NCBI RefSeq assembly: GCF_003072485.1
Contig: NZ_CP025989.1
Span: 720,001-752,000 of the forward strand
DNA from: Candidatus Fokinia solitaria
GTDB lineage: Bacteria; Pseudomonadota; Alphaproteobacteria; Rickettsiales; Midichloriaceae
DNA length: 32,000 nucleotides
Reading direction: 5' to 3'
The translations under genes were made by a program, and so were the position numbers. The notes beneath the pieces are model-generated. The model saw only the letters and a list, made by a program, of their open reading frames with translations. It was not told the DNA's origin and made no database searches. Shown piece by piece: positions 12,001 through 16,174 of this stretch; positions within the stretch are counted from its first letter, which is position 1, and each line of letters opens with the position of its first letter.

Positions 12001-14356
12001 CTTTTAATTTTTCGGATAAATTATCGATCTTTCTTTCCACGTTCTGCAACGTTTTCTCATTTCCTTGCTGCGCTTCTGTTTTCTGACCGTTCTTTCCTGC
12101 ATTATGATACATTATTGCCTTCTGCTGTATTGTTTTACCTCCACCTGCAAAATTCACGTTTATCGGTACAGATTGAGGTTTAGAATTCTCTTCAATAAAA
12201 CGTTTTAATTCTTCTAATAGACTTTCTTCTGTCGATGGCGAACTATCATCTCCTAGAAAACGCTTCATTTTTTTAGGAAGATGCTTTTTTATGATTTCTA
12301 TTACTGTATTGCGGTTTTGATAAATAGCCCAAACAGCGCCTATACCGAACTTAATATATGTATCATACTTCGATAAAAATGTTTCATCGTCCTCTTTTTC
12401 TATTGCTATATCTGGAATCACGATCTGCTCATCACCATTTTCCTTCTCAGGTACATTCTCTTGCATCTCTTCTTCCGTAGGTACATCTCCTGACTCTTCT
12501 CCTTCCGTAGACTCGCTCTCTTCCTCAGATGGTACAGTATCATCCAAGTTTCCTTTATTATCATTCTCTCCTTCCTTAGGTACACTTCCTTCCTTGGGTA
12601 CAACATTCTTTACTACTTCTAGCAATGTATCATCCTTCTTATTTTCCACTGTATCTACTTCATTATCTTGTATCTCAATCTCCTCACTTACTTCTTCAAC
12701 ATTCTCTTCATCATACTTCACTTCTTCAACATTCTCTCCATCAGGTACATTCTCTTGCATCTCTCCTTCCTTAGGTACATTCTCTTGCATCTCTTCTTCC
12801 GTAGGTACATCTCCTGACTCTTCTCCTTCCGTAGACTCGCTCTCTTCCTCAGATGGTACAGTATCATCCAAGTTTCCTTTATTATCATTCTCTCCTTCCT
12901 TAGGTACACTTCCTTCCTTGGGTACAACATTCTTTACTACTTCTAGCAATGTATCATCCTTCTTATTTTCCACTGTATCTACTTCATTATCTTGTATCTC
13001 AATCTCCTCACTTACTTCTTCAACATTCTCTTCATCATACTTCACTTCTTCAACATTCTCTCCATCAGGTACATTCTCTTGCATCTCTCCTTCCTTAGGT
13101 ACATTCTCTTGCATCTCTTCTTCCGTAGGTACATCTCCTGACTCTTCTCCTTCCGTAGACTCGCTCTCTTCCTCAGATGGTACATCATTACTTAAGTTCT
13201 CTTCTTCCTCAGGCAGTATATCACTTAAGTGCTCCTTATTATTATCATCACCATTTTCCTTCTCAGGTACATTCTCTTGCTTCTCTCCTCCCGTAGGTAC
13301 ATCTCCTGGTTCTTCTCCCTCCGTAGAGTTACTCTCTCCATTAAGTGGCACATCATTACTTAAGTTCTCTTCTTCCTCAGGCAGTACATTACTGTTTCCT
13401 TTATCATCATTCTCCTCCTTCTTTTCGAAGATATCTTTCACTACCAACACACTTTCGCTTTCTTCCTCGCTTACCTCTTCTTCCATAAATGCATCTTCTT
13501 GTTTCTTCTCTATTAGCGCAACACTCGCCGCTACTTCTGATGATGTACCCTTCTCTTCCTCTATAGAAATATCTTTTTGCTCTTTCTCCTCCTCTATAGG
13601 TACAATACTCGCTACCATTGCTTCCTGCCGTTTTAGAAACATTCTATGTTCAATATTCAGAAGCAGCATTTTAATTCTTTGAAACAGCAATATGCTTCCT
13701 TCTGATATGTCATTCTTTATTCTTCGTGTGAAAGTCTCATCACTTTCAAAGTTCTCATTTTTACCGTTCTTCTCTGCATTATTTTCGAAAGAGACAACAT
13801 TATCTTCGAAAGAGACGGTATCATCGTCATCTTCTTCTGTAATCGATGATTCTTGAAAATCTACAATTTCCTCTTGCTCTTCAGTCGCTTCTTTCATAGA
13901 AACTGCTTCCTTATTATCATCTAAGAGAATTAGATTAACAGCTGAAGCAACATTAGGTCCGTTTTGCACCATCATCATCTGTCGTACTTTTTGTAGCAGA
14001 CTAACTTTTCTTTCCTGCATTATACGATTTTTATACGACTCAGTAGGACGTACACGAAGCGCATACTCATATCGCAAACGATGTTGCTCAAGTTCTCTTA
14101 TATATGGATGCAATAGTGCAAATTCCACGATAAGCGCTTCCTTATTTTCGGCACTATTAACAACACTGATGTCAGCTTTTTTTGAAGCATCAACATTAAC
14201 CTTCGGATCGTAAGCACTTCTATGAAGATCATAACACACTCCACATTCATACCATAAACCCGCAATCAGAACATCTCCCCATCCAATATCGAATATTTTT
14301 ACCCTGCGAAAAGCTCTGTCTTCTACCTCTAGATGCCAAAATAATGAATTAAGCAT
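1..14356 (-). CDS. Giant hypothetical protein, >4,785 aa, 3' end beyond left window edge. Acidic tandem-repeat N-terminal region plus very long E/K/L/Q-rich (coiled-coil-like) body. Candidate secreted effector or surface protein.
   Basis: ATG at 14356-14354 (minus), preceded by an in-frame TAA at 14365-14363. I translated the minus strand by eye in the frame whose codons occupy plus coordinates 3k+2..3k+4 and found no stop down to position 2. About 20 lines across 480-14280 were spot-checked for in-frame tta/cta/tca and none was found. N-terminus reads MLNSLFWHLEVEDRAFRRVKIFDIGWGDVLIAGLWYECGVCYDLH. The last codons in the window read ...LKQSMITAQSIQKDQTKSSLEKAASE. The plus strand is strongly T/C-rich, as expected for the antisense of GAA/AAA/GAG-rich coding sequence. 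The ORF track lists no minus-strand fragments in 1-12400, which fits one edge-truncated ORF rather than a decayed pseudogene. Confidence 0.88.
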   Translation of the reverse strand, partial: MLNSLFWHLEVEDRAFRRVKIFDIGWGDVLIAGLWYECGVCYDLHRSAYDPKVNVDASKKADISVVNSAENKEALIVEFALLHPYIRELEQHRLRYEYALRVRPTESYKNRIMQERKVSLLQKVRQMMMVQNGPNVASAVNLILLDDNKEAVSMKEATEEQEEIVDFQESSITEEDDDDTVSFEDNVVSFENNAEKNGKNENFESDETFTRRIKNDISEGSILLFQRIKMLLLNIEHRMFLKRQEAMVASIVPIEEEKEQKDISIEEEKGTSSEVAASVALIEKKQEDAFMEEEVSEEESESVLVVKDIFEKKEENDDKGNSNVLPEEEENLSNDVPLNGESNSTEGEEPGDVPTGGEKQENVPEKENGDDNNKEHLSDILPEEEENLSNDVPSEEESESTEGEESGDVPTEEEMQENVPKEGEMQENVPDGENVEEVKYDEENVEEVSEEIEIQDNEVDTVENKKDDTLLEVVKNVVPKEGSVPKEGENDNKGNLDDTVPSEEESESTEGEESGDVPTEEEMQENVPKEGEMQENVPDGENVEEVKYDEENVEEVSEEIEIQDNEVDTVENKKDDTLLEVVKNVVPKEGSVPKEGENDNKGNLDDTVPSEEESESTEGEESGDVPTEEEMQENVPEKENGDEQIVIPDIAIEKEDDETFLSKYDTYIKFGIGAVWAIYQNRNTVIEIIKKHLPKKMKRFLGDDSSPSTEESLLEELKRFIEENSKPQSVPINVNFAGGGKTIQQKAIMYHNAGKNGQKTEAQQGNEKTLQNVERKIDNLSEKLKAAEAQLQDVLQDQQELEDTLKDYYLGLENGTPLDDINLSNIESRARMLREARDVHVRDIGEYRRSIDEMRMRLDAVDALATHYNIQSMLTPYYNDIQLLEDRVNNFGSTLQNLEEGEEQERFNFIKTKNRLLRAQTKIADLRSKMIHEKESEKKIVAKIQELGGAQAIAAEAQSNANRIMALDSEIRRLQGTLASLQEGEAHPPETIGQIARLLKEKARLQKSINTVTEREQKVRALESELQSLKQRGNSYIARMVQEANLIRQLEKELSNYKDLSSVAKLLHVPLYQREETTVEPQKQAAGAASQSNAAHQNVMSRLQLKQGPATVVSESNDSQSHILEQAPDTLQFKQKFDLKNLDSTTTPCYGEFCVLGEKPQKNRNLQKKNVTFKENGAVLGRKIKPSQKSNAMQNGAVSYKRRGELDNIKESFHLKITDLESKILRLSAEIAEENVKLSNLLVTCNSQDCAQKSSDCARDLKQKELQKKAFEREIDDIKDKLKKANNEYSAVRENTGSYSKKEIALDIKDMKDAIQKEIDLIPILIAAQNSLHIERKMNEAILMDKSNVTVAELSNYQLLLEHFLKYCASNPVLDAEHREVYDLYKKHLQLIEEIGRYDRTIHFAKERIKEITIAVSKYQFINKDYTNVPALQPLAESTSTDNSIRDATLLALEDSAAQNDLSLNVAEGNIVRLEQALVASENKIVELEGVLATKVAGDLDYARTEFEIAEEKLQKNLISSYLKQSREATINSQRQKELYNTLRVAVEGQEYYERNGQVTLLYEQKQSEGANARELFKLGAETRQRTSQWIDKFNEMSPAQRHTVQDCVVVTAELQRTATAYSNWASERVNFGKIDRELSRLQEAGQYFSQLPLTARTDQNVVVATAQSIEKEVLRSAKSLNATARDGVEHVIQSNFKESELHGMYYLWHSSDENYRRFLLEKIQSDIIQKHQLRNDSIEKLALLEKDIVLNENSANSLIPTLQGENYTLLQKLIITVEIAKLKLKDHQSYGAVLQDMIFADAKRIENMLIVRAFRIQDGVDVSGIDANISQMRARLKSTEDEMKIVKQNEIQLRKEIDAYGKAYTTMNDADLSDKIAADSVNIGGLIRSAIAPEATGEEQAIPLNPDSATTYAFRRDALQSAMQIEEVLLENLLWKKSDVLPADNVTFNRIDGSFDAWMNMHQQQLISLGLKSDVLQQFQSMDAYFANPDTKVRQLLDKKRALEQKHQTISSQEAIDVVARIHKAVHEVSIAESICQIAEDWYSESLRNYGAKQKLDFYKKKEMYLNGQPMPYFEKFRNREEIETLKANVHQELINTRAQRKTLTGSNLEQANIKISLYLDIEAALEAEMLPENDAENTRIEIQKREEALNKLQAKKTKVNEVLLSVEDGVVGMQGELQKLEMKKEEVEVLKQMIVEVKGMKDNLARASAENNSYETIYQGIIEGVIRGDVDLKALPDIALLQQIRRRQITEGDAAKKKIDTLRHLERQVAGDAALATNLQNARTTLQKHQGELKEIEQLRLQALKDKNAQVKKLQELERAVKKDQELIDAQRVFVNDSIETLHMYDAAIEKTKDAIIGVEHNIKSAQDAIKDLQAQKLAQNKLEISRCEQENSIAAKIAEIDLEIAAKRIVVEQETVVQVQDLSQAFAQGGVVQNMQQQLVPPVKLSDSPVLYVSKKLEEIEGLCDDDMIEHPLYMNEKYTLEAKKYAHRDAETQCFNLLETTPVSQNEKWLSTFEERTSRDQSISEPEQKTRLEDMISKKIEDFTVIGQSIMAHEETLLTLSKSQPVDGITKVLLQRQIDETSLALQSLKHQRFELSNTIREAYDQLHNFEVRYGLIVTGADKTIQFEIDQVRQSLYAARKGRMNCRDELNELDEAIKVANHDLALLADGAQKQEKAMLLQVMQYNREHVLQQLKEYEHNIDSLWSELVRLRNSDRGHDTIASPEKDFEIQERLREIEQWKSENVTDVMLTQEQKDSAYAKLSSALVPQGIIVLRVIPYSESYTALAILRRSTEGVCAAALPQINPSDTQRMVIGVEEHNLTIWKMLHNLSMLLTYSDKKENSLDKAAGMLEELQDIRIQHRTDFILPEYYDTYLKKIVGKHTLLKEKKLEKINEELNEVSMEIIALENDKKLQEVKLADKEYELANTYDRLKIPVLQDERNAISLAIDGIQDQIDEKKKQQSDLEKEKNYYSSLMASLERGINAHPSFMADIKAWQISEAAMKEREEMNVYFSERLKIENDPKIKALLVTIEEKKNDGVYDEKVLQDLSTLVTENPVADSKWEANVSPILEKCQKDFKNDIDAMKLYRVKNEVTYANAIALCVELKNALITKLTADNGGKNKLLLEELNAIPVPSGRNDGQEINLYLKKLDTFAERIEVRSAFSDVGKMKEKLQVLENTSPEEAAYKEAAISYKDLRNALVVTLKKEQDTNSGLSQKLNAPTNAENVESANTKAVSVHYTKVTGLLENCSMERDTMQRAKDRTLKALKDLLNPRAVSPEDQKIGEYQDMIGHLKSDIRGNIGRSLVLKQKLTELSGEFVLQKSNSAIVYKDLKDLLKLIEKSSLTAQKVQIETMLQKFQNPNEDVISDAGRQLSETEWQAACQLHDQLINDILAQIQQNAEADEKLLQALEGQKRPENQAELRTSLTTAVNAISNHNTGQVFAKYKINIEQAQHPATVGEAVALYTSTRSAFLVQVQSHIEANESFLSKLELWNAAEEDLAVRGDVDLHAQSVAHLKETIAILENKDEKAMLIKKGKDDIKKVLAKLPKKSDAERVYDNVLLSYKDAVNSIQREFDAAKAKQNHEVELLQRAGKTQYGRDILDLVLEYLRYEKSNKTEEGREWNKTTKEKITSLHETNFNKWGRFSDDEKEAFRGMVKIEQERQKLEEFLKETEFYRDSIPVSDAFKSLQYLKEKHKQEEEKEELYKKTLVEQKEYLSQFQEFLVQILDSANNLKITPGSTTQYSSYAAKMLSLLNHESAKKLVAKMPPLVAYAVDLFKAEMVKTDIAMQRQHERDSRVEARERIESEKEKILNLHHAISKIFDEENAEYHEKNENFSSEKAIREVFRHREMENAWRKLEITVSLELSPDKAIVQRDAQASEIGEFFDNADLNGVDIAGRGGMETILRMMSDLKDLKDNKANADKDLLQQKFLQKAIMKELRFVTDIQEGEEKLMQLERQRQDLWRQDNKLAKRLKRGEDFLNEQFKTDIQKLDDAYQSQRAADVAQLLQVDERQIELEKKAVGDEIAVLNADLMELVGARSDDIIPTFKDMKMDDWLSKGIVCRSSVLKKQLKAIIAFLDDNILAVKDAMKYFDFSNQYEKREKLYHAMQKLKQSAENELKTVEDAEKKEGGEVTLSNGAMLLQIKKEASSLHTQLIQMEESSLSTIKTSNLQDIAQHELTSINERFGGNELSEEIGKVRAARMFYLEEQKKIDKRIDLVSDEKGKKMDEEELLQYTLDQKKKILDAEDASDAASSGYYKKLQNLSELLVLQRKVDADEQSLKTMNVEYKELDERPFRSLEQDERWQHLKKKRSEITNEISDNTKKLEILKPVSDSNFSDIVDEIQKNNPVISDADTQKALSDLDQSRVKIRRFQSQDTIDETMEAVLMQEYDSALRAFILACQKKLGIMKITEKTVVDAAKEIHDSTLEKLKVVQDVIVVSEQKLELMYDERGAILEEERAVIGTDNINMMKHGVPDITDECVNLYTEAYKKKIISDKLQKLLPLQDAYVQRLENNKKILEGSIQPAATSPEIRQFAVMKVLDKSLIKKREVSERYQSETQTYTVMKKTQKEYKRMHETDQEILKEYQEKINLMNKDVIELDKNQIALTQKISELNSLMIENDNAFSAEQKQLYDAFKKAKNISELAEERNARKDFHDRMQRKIVQTSQSSARKGGSQLKIPNSETGTEPEVSSLSQQSRVLAKKFQSTSKEYEQKVNKVMVDVDDMIRVMEAGYSVEGSIFFQDPKLQVLIGLKQSMITAQSIQKDQTKSSLEKAASE
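12449..13184 (-). repeat. Perfect tandem repeat, 324-bp unit (108 aa), 2.27 copies, in frame inside the giant ORF
   Basis: The string aggtacattctcttgcatctcttcttccgtaggtacatctcc starts at 12449, 12773 and 13097 (spacing exactly 324). Copies 1 and 2 look identical base for base by eye. Copy 3 matches through 13184 and then diverges. The off-frame track ORFs 12418..12606 and 12718..12930 begin 324 bp apart with identical peptides. The unit encodes ...DDTVPSEEESESTEGEESGDVPTEEEMQENVPKEGEMQENVPDGENVEEVKYDEENVEEVSEEIEIQDNEVDTVENKKDDTLLEVVKNVVPKEGSVPKEGENDNKGNL. Confidence 0.95.
13178..13400 (-). repeat. Diverged older repeat copies (about 168-bp spacing) related to part of the 324-bp unit
   Basis: acatcattacttaagttctcttcttcctcaggcagta occurs at about 13182 and about 13350. 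The encoded segments, LPEEEENLSNDVP(S/LNG)E.S.STEGEE(S/P)GDVPT..E.QENVP, are recognisably homologous to the SEEESESTEGEESGDVPTEEEMQENVP part of the perfect unit. Confidence 0.8.
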
Positions 14357-14385
14357 TACACTTTAAAGTATAGTAACACACGAGC

Positions 14386-14391
14386 ATTATA
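14386..14391 (-). promoter_or_regulatory. Candidate -10 box (TATAAT on minus strand) about 30 nt upstream of the giant ORF start
   Basis: Plus-strand attata at 14386-14391 reads TATAAT on the minus strand. There is no convincing -35 or Shine-Dalgarno, so this is a sequence-only guess. Confidence 0.3.
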
Positions 14392-14474
14392 GCATGAAGC
14401 TTGCGCAAAGAGAAATGTTTATCTGCTTTTACGAAGAGATAAATATCTTATATCTTTCTTTAATCTTAATCTTA

Positions 14475-14505
14475 CCTGTAACTGCAGAAATATCGCCGTT
14501 ACAGG
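14475..14505 (-). terminator. 8-bp perfect inverted repeat (CCTGTAAC / GTTACAGG, 15-nt loop) just downstream of the desaturase stop; possible weak terminator or processing hairpin
   Basis: cctgtaac at 14475-14482 and gttacagg at 14498-14505. On the minus strand it lies 24 nt after the desaturase stop codon. The trailing sequence is TAAGATTAAGATT rather than a clean U-tract. Confidence 0.35.
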
Positions 14506-14528
14506 AAGATTATATCATTTAAACACAG

Positions 14529-15968
14529 CTAAGCAACTGCGCACTTCTTCTTCAATTTTAAGAGGCATTTCTGAAGTTTCTTCGTACCATCCATAATTTC
14601 TGTAAAATCGGATTTTCTCATACTTTCTAATGCTGTTTCCGCTCTACGTAGAACATCTAAACTTCTGAAAAATACACTATCCAGAATATTCATTGCTCTT
14701 TTGCCAGCTTTCAAAGCATCCATAACACTTTGATGAATCACTTTCACATCACAACCTTTGACTGCGCCAATACTTTTTTGCAGCAGTTCACCAATCATAT
14801 TAATCTTGGCAACACAATCTAATGCAGAAGATATAGAAGGCTGTTCTTGACTGACAGTATGTGCGCGATAATTAAAATCTTGCGATATGCGATTTTTCAT
14901 AGACAGTACAAGGTTTGAAAATGTGCTTTGTAATTTTCCAGTACCGAGAGACGCGGAAGTACTCTGTAAAGCATCTTCATACATTTTCTCCAAGGAGACA
15001 AGTTTTTGTGATACCGCATTTAAAGTGCACCACGCAAAATCTTTTGCTTCCGTAGTTTGCTGTTTTCCTCTCTCAAGCATTTTCTGCTCGTATTCTCTTT
15101 GTACCGCAGCTACCCTCACTTCTGGAGTAACATGCAAATCTCTTGCTAATCCAATCTTTGACATACACCATATAATCCACTTATGCACATCGAGATGATA
15201 CCATTTATGGCCATTTCTATAATCTTTACCAAATGCATGGTGGTAATTATGCCAATTCTCTCCTAATAACAGCAATGCAAGCCACCACACATCTACAGAA
15301 CTATCATCAGCATAACGTCTCTTACCCCAAAAATGACATATAGAATTCACAGAAAAAGTCATTTGCTGCTGCAATGCTCTACCTAAGCCACAGAACAAAA
15401 AGCCTGCTAGCATAGCTTGAATTGGCGCATTGAAAAAAGCAAAGCCAAGAAGTGCGGTAGGCACTACTTGAGTAAATAAAGCTAATTGCCAATAATTTTT
15501 TAGTTGCCACACAAGCATCTTATCTTTCCCTAATGTAGATATCGTACCTTTGTCTATGTGCTTCGTAGTAGATTCTCCAAATATCATCCAGCCGAGATGC
15601 GCCCAAAAAAAGCCTTTCAGAGGATTTTGATATTTCACTGGAGTATGCGGATCTTTATCTGTGTCAGGGTATGCATGATGAAATTTATGATCTGACACCC
15701 AGGCAAGTACTGGACCTTGTAATGAAAAAGCGCTTGTAAATATCAATATTATTTCTACAACTCTATTAACTTTATAAGCACCGTGCGACCACAATCTATG
15801 TAGCCCTACTCCGACTGATATATTAGAAACATAGTATGCTATCACTGCAAGCCATAATTCTTTCGTGCATACTCCATAAAACGCAATGTACAGCGCTATG
15901 CCAAGTAGTATGAGAACAGGATATACCACAAGAACGGTAAAAACAGGCCAATTAATCTTAGAATTCAT
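14529..15968 (-). CDS. Membrane fatty-acid (acyl-CoA/acyl-lipid delta-9 type) desaturase with a roughly 190-aa C-terminal helical extension
   Basis: 479-aa track ORF. N-terminal transmembrane segments are followed by three histidine boxes: HRLWSH, HKFHHAYPDTDKDPH and HNYHHAF. These are typical of the stearoyl-CoA desaturase-like family. Residues from about 290 to 479 carry no motif I recognise. Confidence 0.9.
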   Translation of the reverse strand: MNSKINWPVFTVLVVYPVLILLGIALYIAFYGVCTKELWLAVIAYYVSNISVGVGLHRLWSHGAYKVNRVVEIILIFTSAFSLQGPVLAWVSDHKFHHAYPDTDKDPHTPVKYQNPLKGFFWAHLGWMIFGESTTKHIDKGTISTLGKDKMLVWQLKNYWQLALFTQVVPTALLGFAFFNAPIQAMLAGFLFCGLGRALQQQMTFSVNSICHFWGKRRYADDSSVDVWWLALLLLGENWHNYHHAFGKDYRNGHKWYHLDVHKWIIWCMSKIGLARDLHVTPEVRVAAVQREYEQKMLERGKQQTTEAKDFAWCTLNAVSQKLVSLEKMYEDALQSTSASLGTGKLQSTFSNLVLSMKNRISQDFNYRAHTVSQEQPSISSALDCVAKINMIGELLQKSIGAVKGCDVKVIHQSVMDALKAGKRAMNILDSVFFRSLDVLRRAETALESMRKSDFTEIMDGTKKLQKCLLKLKKKCAVA

Positions 15969-16174
15969 GCCAATATCTTGAAAGTAGAATAAATTTTATA
16001 TGCCGTATAAAGGTAATCTTACCTTAGAAATAACAACATATACTATACACGGCTATGGTATACCCTTCTTAAATATCATGTCAACAAGAAAGGTGAAAAT
16101 GCGCAAGATATGCGCTTATGAGTCATTGATAAGGTGTACATCTTGCGAAGTAATATCAAGTAAAAACATGATAA

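Noticed and set aside
930-12183. About a dozen plus-strand track ORFs of 61-144 aa (for example 1369..1803, 6033..6365, 7037..7327, 10314..10559) rich in Ser/Phe/Leu/Cys
   Set aside because: All lie antisense to the continuous giant minus-strand ORF. Their low-complexity S/F/L/C composition is what the reverse complement of GAA/AAA/GAG/CAA-rich coding sequence produces. None has a recognisable motif or its own spacing.
12418-12930. Two minus-strand track ORFs (12418..12606 and 12718..12930) with identical MLYPRKEVYLRKER... peptides
   Set aside because: They are in a different phase from the giant ORF (end coordinate mod 3 = 0, versus 1 for the giant ORF). They exist only because the repeat unit is duplicated. 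Their Arg/Lys/Tyr low-complexity content is typical of an off-frame read of Glu-rich sequence. They remain useful as an independent confirmation of the 324-bp period.
12421-13400. Possible CRISPR array or minisatellite outside genes
   Set aside because: The repeats are contiguous with no unique spacers. The unit length (324 bp) is a multiple of three and lies in frame inside a long ORF. No cas genes are present in the window.
12594-13682. 362-aa plus-strand ORF encoding a Ser/Thr/Phe-rich repetitive protein, the longest track ORF in the left half
   Set aside because: It is the antisense shadow of the acidic repeat region. Glu/Asp codons (GAA/GAG/GAT) contain no reverse-complement stops, so the opposite strand stays open. 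Its periodicity only mirrors the 324-bp repeat. The sense (minus) frame is continuous with 14 kb of ORF on both sides.
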